64,000 nt of DNA, from positions 59,458,001 through 59,522,000 of the forward strand of contig OX597827.1 in assembly GCA_951406725.2 (NCBI GenBank). The letters run 5' to 3'. This DNA is from Octopus vulgaris. Lineage: Eukaryota. Within the stretch, counting starts at the first letter, position 1. Every line of letters begins with the position of its first letter. Both the position numbers and the translations under genes were made by a program. Below are positions 1 through 14,277 of this stretch, piece after piece. Below the pieces are notes generated by a model that saw nothing but the letters and a program-made list of their open reading frames with translations, did no database searches and was not told where the DNA came from.

Positions 1-210
1 CCGTCTGTCAACTGGGTCCATCGTGAAGATCGTCCCGCCGCCTTCCTTTAACCCGGAAGAGCAGGCTGTCTTTATATGCCTGGTGGAAATGCCGAAAGAG
101 ATTGTATGGTGGACGAGGTTAAAGGGGCTGAGAGCAAACACGTTCTCTTTGGCCAATCCCTGATCAACTTCTTCAAGTTTCACTTGTAACGGAAAATAAG
201 GGAAGACAGC
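1..210 (+). mobile_element. Decayed L1/Tx1-like LINE ORF2 C-terminal fragment (runs off window start)
   Basis: Frame from nt 2 reads RLSTGSIVKIVPPPSFNPEEQAVFICLVEMPKEIVWWTRLKGLRANTF, then after a frameshift GQSLINFFKFHL*RKIRED. This matches the (A)KxxIWxxR...F...L..RI..E pattern at L1/Tx1 ORF2 C-termini (recognised from memory). Confidence 0.6.
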
Positions 211-434
211 GAAGATCTGGACCAATCATGCAATTATTCTAGAAACAGCTGTTAAGTACTCCCTACACACTACTTTCCCCTCAGTTCCAAGGTCTGTTTT
301 TTTACCACCTGTGACACTGCTATCTACTTTCCTGTCTAAATCACATCAACACTATGGACTTTATTCCGACCTCATTTCCGATTTAGCCGTCTATATGTGA
401 ACTATTACTCATTTTCACATTATGATTTGTGTGT

Positions 435-474
<40 letters not shown>

Positions 475-622
475 GTATGTGTATGTGTATATGTGTATGT
501 GTCTGTGTGGAAATGTGGTAAGAGTGAAACGTGTGAGAGACAGAGAGCCAGTTCTCCAAATATGTACTAAACAGTCAAATATTATAGATATGTGCAGACA
601 CATATATACATATACATATATG

Positions 623-654
<32 letters not shown>

Positions 655-669
655 CATACATATATACAT

Positions 670-714
<45 letters not shown>

Positions 715-871
715 CATATGTATATATATATATATCTACTCATATGTATACACATATGATTATGTACATATATATATATATATATATATATACATACACA
801 TATTCATAATCGGTTAGTACGCGTGATCCTCCGACAATAATCCTTTCGTTATGTTTTACTGCTAAATACAA

Positions 872-951
<80 letters not shown>

Positions 952-1039
952 ACAAAGACAAACAAGCGACCGTAAGTAAATTGAATTCAAAACTAAACGC
1001 TTAAAGATTCCATTTAGCATTTACTATTAAAACACACAC

Positions 1040-1110
<71 letters not shown>

Positions 1111-1727
1111 GACCACAGGCAATAACTATAAACGATTGAATAACAGATAATAGAATTGTCTAAGATTTACATAACGACATTGCAAATGGACAAATTTACG
1201 TATTCATTCCTTTGCAAACAAACGTGCAGATAAAGCAAGCTTTTTACTTATATGACAAGGTAGTCGCGAATGAAAACATGGTATTTTTCGGTTTTGTTTT
1301 GTATCATTGTTCAGGTGGTTTTATGTTGATCTTTTTTTCTTTTCTTCTTCTTCTTTTTTTTTTTTTTACATTTTCTCGTTATTGAAGTAGAGAGAAGGGG
1401 AAAGGCGATGAAGACGAGGTCTGGATATTTTGACATCGTTATTGTAAGATGGCTGATCGCTGACGCCATTATATGTACGTATGTATGTATGTACGTAGAT
1501 ATGTACGTAGATATATATGTGTATATATACACAGACATACAGATATGATGTAATAATAATAATGATAATATTAATAATAATAATAATGATAAATATATGA
1601 TAATATATATACATACATACACACAAAATATGTGTCTAGATTACATACGTAAAATAATTTGTTGGTTAGTTTGTATTTGAAGAGCAGTCACTCACATTTG
1701 TATATATATATATATAGATATGAATAA

Positions 1728-1824
<97 letters not shown>

Positions 1825-1924
1825 TACACCTATATATACGCACATATGCATAACTATTCTTATATAGATAGATACATACATACAGATAGATGTGTCTCTC
1901 CCTCTTTCGCTCTCTCTGTATGTT

Positions 1925-2002
<78 letters not shown>

Positions 2003-2283
2003 TAAATAGGTAGACTAATAGCTAGATAGATAGATGCATACATATATGCGTACATACACACACATACACACAAACACATTATTTTGTCACTGTTAACCCG
2101 TCTCCACCTATGCGCCCGCCCATCACTCTATGTCACTTGTCCAAACAGAAAAGTCAACCTGATACGTTCGAGAAATTCGCACGCATATACACAAATGCAC
2201 GTACGCATACGCAAACGCATGTACTCACCCACTCTTTCTCTATGTATGCATGTATTTATGTATGTATGCATGTATGTATGTAC

Positions 2284-2337
<54 letters not shown>

Positions 2338-2627
2338 ACGCACATAACATTTATCTAGATAAATGGCCACTTAACAGGTCAGGTTTGTATTGGCCTTTGT
2401 TGTAGTTGTATTTTTTTTTGTAAATACTTGATTCAAGCGTAGTTAATATTACGAAAACGTATATATTGTCGTGAAAGAACATATGTGTCTGCCCAACAGA
2501 ACAAGAGTTGGCTGTAATGTAACTCGAGTGAATAATAAAGAGAGAAATGATGGACAAACAAGTGATTCATTTATATGTGATGTTGCAAATACGCACAACT
2601 ATAAATAGGTCTTTACAGCTGTTTCAA

Positions 2628-2708
<81 letters not shown>

Positions 2709-2829
2709 ATGGAAAAATAGAAAAATTAGCAGGAAATGATGAAAGTATTGTTTCTTAGTTTACTTATAAATGGGTAATCATGAATAAAATTTAAATCTGA
2801 AACGATACCTTCGTTACTTCTGGACAGTA

Positions 2830-2940
<111 letters not shown>

Positions 2941-2944
2941 ATAA

Positions 2945-2990
<46 letters not shown>

Positions 2991-3185
2991 TTATGTTTGA
3001 CTTTTGCTTTACATTTGTACAAGTTGGACCCAAGTCTCACCCAGGGACCTCAAGAGACAACAAGTAAGAAGTTCATGCTGGTGTTATGCCTAGGGTGCCA
3101 TGTATTTGGTTTTGTACATAGTGTTGTTCTAGAGAATGTTTAAGAAACCATAAGAAAATTGTTTTAAAATTTGAGATTACATAGA

Positions 3186-3189
<4 letters not shown>
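2991..3189 (-). mobile_element. Extreme 3' end of a second R4/Dong-like non-LTR element with (TAA)n tail
   Basis: Minus strand starts CTT TCT ATG TAA (LSM*, compare ALSL* of the neighbouring element). A ~190 nt 3'UTR follows with a GGTCCCTGGGTGAGACTTGG motif similar to the neighbour's 3'UTR, and then (TAA)n at 2830-2990. Confidence 0.55.
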
Positions 3190-3250
<61 letters not shown>

Positions 3251-3251
<1 letters not shown>

Positions 3252-3753
3252 CTTCTTCTTTCAAATTTGCTTCCATTTCTTGCCGAGTGTCTTCCCGACT
3301 CCTAGGGCAAAGAAACTCATAGTATATATTGGTAGGCCATTAAACTAAACTCAATAGTTCGTTCATTTTTTTTTTTAAGTTAAAAAACTATTACTACATG
3401 GGTAGTAATAGTTCTCACAGCGACAATGCTCTTCTCAATACGTGTGATGTACCAGTTAAGACAATCTTTTGCACTTCTTGCAGGGATGGTAAGCCAGGGA
3501 TCATTCTCATATAATTTTCGGTTCCCTTCTTGATCATTCCTAGTGCTCCTACGATCACTGGTATTGTAACCGCCTTGAGATGCCACATTTTCTCAATTTC
3601 AATGAGCAGGTCTTTATATTTTCTGAGCTTGTCAAACTCTTTCGCCGAGATATTATGATCACAGGGGATGCTCATGTCAATCAATAAGCAAACTTTATTG
3701 TTTTTGTCTTTCACAACAATATCTGGTTTATTGGCTTTGATGGTTCGGTCTGT
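3251..3753 (-). mobile_element. 5'-truncated R4/Dong-like non-LTR retrotransposon: RLE endonuclease C-terminus plus 3'UTR, in TAA repeats
   Basis: ORF 3415..3861 minus its poly-I leader reads TDRTIKANKPDIVVKDKNNKVCLLIDMSIPCDHNISAKEFDKLRKYKDLLIEIEKMWHLKAVTIPVIVGALG...VLRRALSL*. This carries the PD..D..K..KY restriction-like endonuclease motif. TAA arrays lie on both sides. Confidence 0.9.
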
Positions 3754-3784
3754 ATTATTAATAATAATAATATTAATAATAATA

Positions 3785-3850
<66 letters not shown>

Positions 3851-3866
3851 TACCAGAACATTTTTC

Positions 3867-4410
<544 letters not shown>

Positions 4411-4874
4411 TATATGAATAGACAGACGAAGAGATAGAAATATGGATGGGAGTATTTTGGATTTAACTCGATAACGAGCGAGCTATCTAGCTAATTAAGA
4501 CATACAAAGATATCTTTTTAAAAATAAATCAAACATAAATGAATAAATAAATACCACTTATATTCTACTGACCAAATTAAATCGCAGGAAACAGATACTC
4601 GACATTGATGGTCAACTGTTTATGCGTGAGAAAACGTTTTTGGGGGTCTTTTTTTTTCTTAGCACCCCGAAAGGAAATGAGTGAAGTGGTTAACCGGAAA
4701 CGTTAAATCTTTTGTTGTATAATACGTGGCCAGATATCAATGAAAAAAAACTCTAGGATATAGTTACTTAATTAGGAGAAAATCTGAACGTTGTCCACAA
4801 AATCGATTGCTTCTGATATAAACTTTGTGTCTGTGTGTTTGTATAGATGTGTATACAGACAAACATGCACGAAT

Positions 4875-4967
4875 CTTTTATCTTTTAATTGTTTCAATTA
4901 CTAGACTGCGGCCATGCTGGGGTACCGTCTTGAAGTGCTTTTAGTCGAATGAATCGACCCCAGCACT

Positions 4968-4970
<3 letters not shown>
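4875..4970 (-). mobile_element. SINE family A, 3' fragment
   Basis: gactgcggccatgctggggtaccgtcttgaag...gtcgaatgaatcgacccc. Confidence 0.75.
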
Positions 4971-5029
<59 letters not shown>

Positions 5030-5111
5030 CATGTATGTATGTATGTATGTATGTATGTATGTATGTATGTATGTATGTATGTATGTATGTATGTATGTAT
5101 GTATGTATGTA

Positions 5112-5616
5112 TGAGGTTGTTCCGAAAATAATGACTGATTTCAAAAACAATTTTATTCTGGAAAAATTAACAATTGAAATGTTTTGACTAGTCAAAGTAT
5201 GAACCGCGAACATCTATGCATCTCTGCCATCGATCAACGAGATTATTTGTGCCTTGCTGGTAAAAACTTATTGAGCATGCATTTCAGCGAGTTGATTGCA
5301 GTAAACCTCTGCTGTAATGCTCTGATTGGCTTCCAGAAAGCTGTAATGGACAACACCAATTGCAGACCACTAGACAGTCACCATAATATTTTGCTGATGC
5401 AACTTTGGCTTTGGGAAATGTTTGGGGGACTCATCACGATCAAGTCATTGATCCGATCGTTTACGGTTATCATAAAGGATCCACTTTTCGTCACAAGTAA
5501 CTTTTCGGTCAAGAAAAGGATCATTGGTGTTTCGCATCGAGCACACTTCAAAACGCCGAACTTTTTGATTTTCATTGAGCTCATGCTGTACCAATTTATC
5601 GAGCTTTTTTACCTTC
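5112..5616 (-). mobile_element. Internally deleted mariner (DD34D-type) transposon remnant
   Basis: Minus strand reads KVKKLDKLVQHELNENQKVRRFEVCSM-RNTNDPFLDRKVTCDEKWILYDNRKRSDQ, a degenerate WVPHEL plus the first catalytic D in TCDEKW. Downstream is ...DRWQRCIDVRGSYFD*. A TIR-like end follows the TA at 5110-5111. Confidence 0.85.
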
Positions 5617-6365
5617 TGTGAGAAAAACAGTACCATGGCGCAATTCAATCTGCCAGAAATTTGAAAACGACATGCTGTAAAGCTTGGCATTTGTGCCGGA
5701 AGCTCCAATACGAACATTTCAGAGTGTTTGGGTGTCAATCTGAGAGTGATAAAAACCAAACACCCAATCAGCATCATGATGTTTGGAATAATTACTAATA
5801 ATGGCGACGTTATGCCTCCATTCATCTTCCCACACGACCCCAAACTCAACACGGATGCCTACATCAAGTGCCTGGAGGAGATAGTGCTTCCCTGGGTCAA
5901 GAGGGTGGCTGCTGGAAGACCCTATGTCTGGCAACAGGACTCTGCATCATGCCACATAAAAAAGAAACCCTAGTCATGGCTGTCAGACAATTTCTGCGAC
6001 CACATCGCCCCTCACATCTGACCACTTAACTCCCCAAACTGCAACACCCTTGATTATTATGTGTGGGGCGCAGTTGAGTGAGAGACCAACAAAACTCTGT
6101 GGAACACCAAAGATGAAATGAAGGCAAAGATTATGGCAGCATTCACCAACTTAAGCAAGAAGATCGTCCAAAAGAGTTGTAGGGGATTCCGAAGTCGTCT
6201 GGAGGCCATGGTTGAAGCCAATGGCGATTTTATTCAATAAATTTACTCTCTAGTATTTCAAGATATCTTTGTGTAATTTTGATAAATATATCTGTTAAAA
6301 TGAGATGTCAGTGTTATTTTCATTTTTGTGTAATTTAGACGACAGTTTATTCATCGTAACCTTGT
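5617..6365 (+). mobile_element. Internally deleted maT (DD37D) Tc1/mariner-superfamily transposon, pseudogenised
   Basis: ATG at 5635 gives MAQFNLPEI*KRHAV...GVNLRV, joined directly to TKHPISIMMFG...YVWQQDSASCH...NSPNCNTLDYYVWGAVE...ANGDFIQ* (6240). There are 37 codons between the QQD and LDY aspartates, with in-frame stops. A TIR-like end (gacagtttattcatcgtaaccttgt) closes the element. Confidence 0.88.
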
Positions 6366-6505
6366 TTCAGTCATTTGACTGCGGCTATGCTGGAGCACCG
6401 CTTTTAGTCGAACAAATCGACCCCAGGACTTATTCTTTGTAAACCTAGTACTTATTCTATCAGTCTGTTTTGCCGAACCGCTACGTTACGGGGACGTAAA
6501 CATGC
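6361..6505 (-). mobile_element. SINE family A, 3' half
   Basis: cttgtttcagtcatttgactgcggctatgctggagcaccgc...ccgctacgttacggggacgtaaac. Confidence 0.85.
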
Positions 6506-6603
6506 ACACACATATATATATACACACACACACGCACATGCGCACGCAAGCACACACACACACACACACACACGCACGCACACGTAAGCACACACACATA
6601 TCT

Positions 6604-6675
<72 letters not shown>

Positions 6676-7558
6676 AGAAAGATTTAAAAAATCAAATATT
6701 AACTATGTTTCAAAAACATCTCAGAAAACAAGAATGGCGCATATATTTTGGAATTTCGTATTGTTTCGCAATTTTAGAGTTTCGTATTGAGCTTTCGGAG
6801 TACAGATTTTCAGACACACGTGGTATCACTTCTATCCCCCATAATACGCGTATTTGAGAAAAGAAAAAAAAAAGAAAAATTTAACGAGGAAAGCGCTTAC
6901 ACACAAAACGAAAACTTTATTCCAAAAGCTTCGTATCATATTTTTTATTTTTCTAAGATATTTTGAAAATAGTTAATTGCTTTTATGAAGATCTTTCTTC
7001 AAATATTGTGACTGTATCGAGTAAAAAACCTGTATGTATGTATGTATGTATGTATGTATGTATGTATGTATGTATGTATGTATGTACACACACACACACA
7101 CACATATAGGTACACATATGTTTATGTATATATGCTACGTTAACAAACAGAAACACTCACACACACACACACACATACACAGAGGTGGATGGATGTCGCA
7201 AAGTGTGCAATGATGATGGTGATGATGATGATGTTTGGGGTGTATGACGATGTTTATTCTTGTTTGTTTGCTCTCTGTTCAGTTTATTCTATTCTTGTTT
7301 TTGTTTCTGTTGTTGTTATTGTTGTAGTTGTTGTTCTTGTTGTTGTTTGATGTCTTTGCCATTTAGGTTGTGTTGTTATTGCTTATTGCGTTTCTACAGA
7401 GACTCTGAATGTGGAAATGAAAAACAAAAGGATTCTTTTGGTAACTAACAAACATACATGCTCTCACAAAATAGCATGCACACACACACACACACACAGA
7501 TGTATTTGCGTGTATACGCACACATACATATATACAAGCATATATATAAGTATACGTG

Positions 7559-7597
<39 letters not shown>

Positions 7598-7634
7598 CTT
7601 TACAGACACATACACACACATATACAGAAATATT

Positions 7635-7693
<59 letters not shown>

Positions 7694-7749
7694 TTACAGA
7701 CACATACACACACATATACAGAAATATTTGTATATGTGTATATATAATG

Positions 7750-7797
<48 letters not shown>

Positions 7798-7890
7798 TAT
7801 ATAAATGTGAATGCATACATGTATTAATGTACACATATATATATACATGTGTGTGCGTATGTTTACGTATATATATATATATATATATAC

Positions 7891-8003
<113 letters not shown>

Positions 8004-8254
8004 TATTTATATATATATATATTTTATATATATATACGCATGTGCGTGCGTTTACGTACGTCTTGTAAGTATGTATGTATGTAATTAGAAGCGACTTCTT
8101 CGTTAAATGGCACCCATAGCCTTGGCGTAATCTGTAGATGGAGGCTTTTCACTTTTGTTTGGAGATAAGAAATAGACAAGAGCCACAACAACAGCTATAA
8201 CAACAACAACAACTACCACTACCACCACCACCACAACCACCACCACCGCCGCCG

Positions 8255-8311
<57 letters not shown>

Positions 8312-8334
8312 ACAATAACTGTAAGAATAACGGC

Positions 8335-8545
8335 TATGATTGTTTCTGACTTAGGGACAAGGCCGGCCAGCAGTTTTCGAGGGCAAGAGGTTAGTTAATG
8401 GTATCGAGCTCAATATTCACCTTGTACATTGTCTTATCGACCGGGAGTGGCGTGAAAGATGAAGATGATGTTGTTGGGATTTGAACTCCAGACCATTGCG
8501 ACCCGAAGAAATATCGCCCGGATTTTTTTTTTTGTGGCGCGGAAG
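8335..8545 (-). mobile_element. SINE family C, highly diverged copy
   Basis: Weakly collinear with 16722-16926 (acaaggcc...tatcgacc...atttgaactccaga...gaagaaatatcgcc). Confidence 0.45.
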
Positions 8546-8617
8546 GATCCGATGCTCTTGTGATACTGTAAACTGGCCACATTTATTTAAATACTGATTT
8601 AATAAAAAAAAATAAAT

Positions 8618-8840
8618 AAGTGGTGGCTCATGGCTTAGTGGTGAGGGTGTTGGATTCATGATCGTAAGATTGTGGTTTCGATTCCTGGATCGGGCGATGC
8701 ATTGTGTTCTTGAGTAAAACACTTCTTTTCATGTTGCTCCAGTCCACCCAGTGAGTAATCCTGCGACGGACCTGTGTGTCCCGTCCAAGGAGGAACATAT
8801 ATGGGTTGGAGAAACCAGGAAGTCGACCCCAATGCTCTTT
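8618..8840 (+). mobile_element. tRNA-derived SINE family D
   Basis: Box A-like TGGCTTAGTGG and box B-like GTTTCGATTCC, then ttgtgttcttgagtaaaacactt and a cctgcgacggac..tcccgtcca motif also seen in the family B tail at 30181. Confidence 0.75.
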
Positions 8841-9070
8841 ACGGAATAATGTGGACTAACCATATTAACACTAGTCAATGGCGAGAAAAATAGCTGTTGC
8901 TGCTGATGCTACTACTACTACTACTGCTGCTGCTGCTGTTGTTGCTGCTTGTACTACTACTGCTACCACTACTACTACTACTACTGCTGCTGTTGTTGCT
9001 GCTGCTACTACTATTACTACTACCACTACTACTACTACTACTAGTGGTACTACTACTGCTGCTGTTACTG

Positions 9071-9102
<32 letters not shown>

Positions 9103-9598
9103 GTTGCTGTTGCTGCTACAATGACACCACAAAGAACAACAACAACAATAACAGCAGCAATAACAACTGCAAAAAACGAAAGAAAGACTTAGACAAGACT
9201 AGCAGCTATGTTATGAAAACGTGGACGAAGAAATAGGAAGAAAGTAAACAACCACATTAATAACAGCAACAACAACAACAACAACAACAACAATGATAGT
9301 AAAAACAATAACAACAACAACAACAACAGCAACGTAAAAGATAAGAATGAGTAAGAAATCCAACGGAATCTACAATAAAAAATCACTAATAACAACACGA
9401 AGAACTACTACTACTACTACTACTACTAACTACTACTACTACTACTACTACTACGGCGACGACGACGACGGGGAGCGCAAAAACTTAATGAACATACGTA
9501 CACAGACAGACACACATACACTCACATAAACATATACATAGAAGGAAAGGGGGAGAGAACGGGAGCAAAAGTCAGATAACGTGTGAGTGTGCGCACGC

Positions 9599-9659
<61 letters not shown>

Positions 9660-10197
9660 GATACACATGACAGAAACCGTGTGGATGGATTTAGGAGGCG
9701 ATAGTAAGAAATAACAGCGCCACCCAGTGGTACAAGTAAAACGGTAACAACAAGATTCGCTTTGCAAACCCACGCTAGTGCCAGACGACTGGAATTGAAA
9801 TAAGATACATAGTGATTTCTTCATTTGTCACAAGACCAGTGCTGTGAGATATTAAAGACGAAACCACAAACACTAGAATTTTACCCAGAACTAGAATAAA
9901 ACCCCAAAAAACAAAACCAAATATTCCTACAAAATGGAAAAATCAGTCAATCAAACAATAAATCAAACAATCAATCAAATATCAATCAATCAGTCTGTCT
10001 GTCTGTCTATCTCTCTCTCTATTTTAACAGGCTGTCTGTCTATACTGGACTTTAGATGCACCGAAACTACGCTTGAGTTGGGTCTCAATAGCTGAAGAGA
10101 GGATTATCAAGTTTATTTGCCCTTTATACTTTTACGATAGTCGTTTTCACGTCCCATTGTGATATATATATATATATACATACATATAATATATATG

Positions 10198-11485
10198 TTA
10201 GGTCATCCCATAAGTTCTGTCTGATTTTACCTTTTTTAAAATTGAATGAAATTTAATAGTATTTTAGAATGTCTAATGGAATTAAAAATTATTTTTATGC
10301 ATTTGTGTACATTTAAACTAATTAAATATTATTTTACAGAATAATAGAATTAAAATGTCTTTGATTAAAACCCTTTCTAAAGTATCCAAAGAGCATTTAA
10401 GGCACATAATGCTTTATTAGTAAAAAAAAAAAAAAAGGAAATTCTGCAGCCGAAGCGACTCGAAACATATACTCAGTTTATGAGAAAGAATGCTTGAATG
10501 AAAGAACTTGCAGAAGATGGTTTGCAAAATTCAGAAGTGGAGATTTCAGCCTTGAAGATGAAGATCGAACAGAACGCCCAGTTGAGTTTCATGATAAGCT
10601 CATTGAGGTATTACTTGAAGAAAATCCTGCATTATCAGTTGAAGAATTGGCAATAAAGCTTAGTTCAAACCACACAACTGTTCATCGTCATCTTCAACAA
10701 CTTGGAAAGGTTCATAAACTTGGAAAATGGGTGCCCCATGAATTGTTCGAAAGCAACCGCAAATCCCAAGTTGACATCTGCTCTTCTCTCCATTCTCGCG
10801 GACTCATTTCACCCTTTTTGGATAGACTTGTGACTGGTGACGAAAAATGGATCTTCTATCGAAATGTTAAACATCGTAAACAGTGGCTTGGTAAAAGGGG
10901 AAAGGCTTAACCACAACCGAGAAGGGAACTTAATAGGAAATGGGTTTTTTTCTCTATCTGGTGAGATTGCAAAGGAGTAATTCATTTTGAATTGTTACCA
11001 CCTAATGCAACAACCAATGCTGAAGTCTACTGTCAGCAATTAGAGCGTTTGAACCAAGCTTTGAAGAAAAAAAGACCCGCTTTAGTGAATCGAAAAGGAG
11101 TGATGTTTCATCAGGACAATGCGCAACCCCACACTGCAAAGATCACATCACAGAAGATCGAAGAGTTTGGTAGGGAAAAAATTCCTCATCACCTTATTCT
11201 CCCGACCTTGCTCCTTCAGACTGCCATTTGTTTCGTAGTTTACAGAATCATATGTGGGACATAACTTTGGCAAGCCAGGAGGAGATCGAAACTGACATTT
11301 CAGAGTTCTTCGCTTTGAAACCAAAACAGTTTTATATTGATGGGATTAAAAAGCTTGTAAATAGATGAAAAGAAGTCATAGGTAATCAGGGAAAGTACAT
11401 TGATGATTAACTTTCAATAACATATAACATTTGATCACTTGTTTTCTTTATTCAAAATTTGGACAGAACTTATGGGATGACCTGA
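10198..11485 (+). mobile_element. Full-length (1288 bp) mariner transposon
   Basis: TIRs TTAGGTCATCCCATAAGTTCTGTC (10198-) and GACAGAACTTATGGGATGACCTGA (-11485), one mismatch. TA on the right (11486-87) and TG on the left. Sits in TA-rich repeat. Confidence 0.95.
10355..11410 (+). pseudogene. Mariner transposase pseudogene (DD34D type)
   Basis: MSLIKTLSKVSKEHLRHIMLY*...RTCRRWFAKFRSGDFSLEDE...KWVPHEL...FLDRLVTGDEKWIFY...FHQDNAQPH...(frameshift)PYSPDLAPSDCHLFRSL...GKYIDD*. Several stops, a poly-A expansion at 10422-10436 and a frameshift near 11190. Confidence 0.93.
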
Positions 11486-11500
11486 TACATACACACACGT

Positions 11501-11559
<59 letters not shown>

Positions 11560-11577
11560 TATATGCAATATATCCAG

Positions 11578-11611
<34 letters not shown>

Positions 11612-12716
11612 TGCATTTATTTATGTATGTATATGTATGTGTGTGTGTGTGTGTGTGTGTGTGACTGTGTGTGTGTGTGTGTGACTGTGTGTGTGTGTGT
11701 GAAAAAGTTCGAAACCACTTAGGGAAGATCAAAGCTATCACACCATCTTTATTGCATCCATTCCGTAACGAAAGGAGTCTCTATGCGGACTTACGAGAAA
11801 TAGCAACAAGAAGTTAGTTACGTAAATGAATCTATGAAGTTCCAATTGTAAAGTTATAAATATACCAAATAGACAAACATGGCCTGAAATGACTGAAGCA
11901 TGGAAGTGCTTCTTCCAATAACTATTGTCCAAAAACGCTATGTAACCGACGTTTCAATAGATACTGGCATGTAACTATGTGTGAGGCTACCACTGCTCAA
12001 AGTTGAACAGGTCACTGGTGTCGAGCGATATTAAAGGCATATCCGGGATACAAACAAACAAAAACAGGGACGAAATGAGCTTGATTTCTGACTGATCCTG
12101 CTGAAACACATTGAATGCGATATATACGCTTTGATTTCTAACTAATCCTGTAAGAGCATATTGAAAGCAAAATAACCCAGTGTGGTCAGTGACATGCATT
12201 TGAACAACAAAGACGAAGGAATAAGTGTTTATTAAATACCATACAAGATCATATAAGATAATTTCTTCGTTTATTGAAATTATCTCCGCTTCCAGACAAA
12301 ATATAACACTCGCTTATAGAAAGATAGTTATGTAGATAACATAAGAGCGTTGTAGTTTCCTTAAAGCAACACGAATTATGCAGCAAAATCAATGTGTTTT
12401 AGAAGGCCATAACCAATGCAGATCAAACATTATATGTCAATAATAACAACGTGAAAATTATTTAATTAGTCTTCATATTTCAGGTAAAGTACTCCTTTTC
12501 AAAAGTGTTAAGAGAACAAAAGAGAAAAAGACACACAGAGAGAAAGAAATGTCCGTTGGCTCGGCATTCCAATTATGTGCGTATGGATGAAGATGAAAGG
12601 ATGTGCGCGCGTGTGTGTGTGTGTGTGTGTGTGTATACGCACACATAGTTAGAATATTCGCTAATGCGCGGATGTACCAACTATTTGTTTTCTGGTCCTT
12701 CTAAACGATAGATGTT

Positions 12717-12751
<35 letters not shown>

Positions 12752-13278
12752 GCATATACATTTTGTAGTTTGCTTGAAGCATTGCGGCATATGAAAATTG
12801 GCGTTAGTTTGTTTGGAAAGCTTCATTCAATGTAAAAGCGTGTTCAAATATCAAAGTAACAACAAGGTATTTCGGTATTACTTTGGGAATAATTTAATAA
12901 TTCCTTGAATTCCAGCGATCTTATCCATAATATAAAGTGATAATAACTCAATTGCCTGTTGAATATCTCGTTGTTAGTTACTATATATTACATAACTTTT
13001 TTTTGCATTGTAAGATGCGTTTCCAAACAAATGATATATATATATATTTACACGCACATCTTTTACAGGCTTTAACTTTCACCGGAGGTCATATGTTAGG
13101 GCAAGCTGTTCTCCTGGTCTTAGCCTCTCTTCATTTTTATCTCTCTCTCTTTCTTCTTCTCCATCTGTCTCTGTAATATATATCTATATACTACAGGTGA
13201 ATCTTGGTTGGTGAGTTCAAAATAAAGACCACTTCTTATAAAGGCGAATTTATTGTAAATTCATAAATGTATCACAGT

Positions 13279-13361
13279 TCGTGGACAGAAGACGCAAAAG
13301 CATTTAGTTTCGAATCCAAACACCGGTTGGACACCCTTCAGGCTACAAGTTCTGTCCACGA
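13279..13361 (-). ncRNA. Degenerate type I hammerhead-ribozyme-like motif with extended stem I
   Basis: Minus strand: UCGUGGACAGAA-cuugu-AGC-CUGAAGG-GUGUCCAA-ccggugu-UUGGAUUC-GAAA-CUAAAU-GCU-uuugcguc-UUCUGUCCACGA. The outer stem is a perfect 12 bp. The core has A9->G and a damaged stem III. Confidence 0.5.
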
Positions 13362-13409
13362 TGAGAACATTTTAGGCTGTTTTCCTTCTGCCTTGGAACT
13401 GAGGTAACT

Positions 13410-13822
13410 TTAATCTTTTGCTTGTTTCAGTCATTAGACTGCGGCCATGCTGGGGCACCGCCTTGAAGAATTTTTAGTCGAATGTTTTTGGTTACTTGAA
13501 TGTTTTTGGTTAAACCTGGTTCTTATTTTATCAGTGTCTTTTGTCGAACCGCTACTTTACAGTGACATAAACACACCAACACCGGTTGTCAAGCGGTGGA
13601 GGGGGACAAGCACAGGCACAAAGACACACGCACACATACACAATATATGTACATACGACGGGCTTTTTCCAGTTTCCGTCTATCAAATCCACTCACAAGG
13701 CCTTGTTTTAGCCCCAGGCTATAGTAGAAGACACTTGCCCAAGGTGCCACACAGTAGGACTGAACTCGGCACCAAGTAGTTAAGAAGCAAGTTTCTTACC
13801 ACACAGGCACTCCTGCGCCTAT
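13410..13822 (-). mobile_element. SINE family A, near full length
   Basis: Tail tgcttgtttcagtcattagactgcggcc through the head ...ttcttaccacacaggcactcctgcgcc. Confidence 0.9.
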
Positions 13823-13975
13823 GTTTATGAATTTACAATCCATCAATCTATCTCTTAACCTCTGTGTGTATGTATGAGCGTGTGTATGTGTGTGCACGTG
13901 TGTGATGCCTGGATATAAGATGAGATTATTGCTTAATCTCATTATAGGTGACACTTAAAGTCCAAGGAAAATCGG

Positions 13976-14034
<59 letters not shown>

Positions 14035-14067
14035 GTCTATCTGTATGTCTGTCTATCTATCTATCTA

Positions 14068-14164
<97 letters not shown>

Positions 14165-14238
14165 ATGTCTGTCTATGCAGCTAGTTGTGTGCCTGTCTGT
14201 TATATATCTCTTAATGAAAATCCCTGTACACACACACA

Positions 14239-14277
<39 letters not shown>

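Noticed and set aside
10494-11264. SETMAR-like or domesticated transposase gene
   Set aside because: Enclosed by TIRs, multiple stops and frameshifts, and no SET domain: an ordinary dead mariner.
12455-12510. Possible additional minus-strand hammerhead relic
   Set aside because: The core is too degenerate to distinguish from chance in AT-rich DNA.
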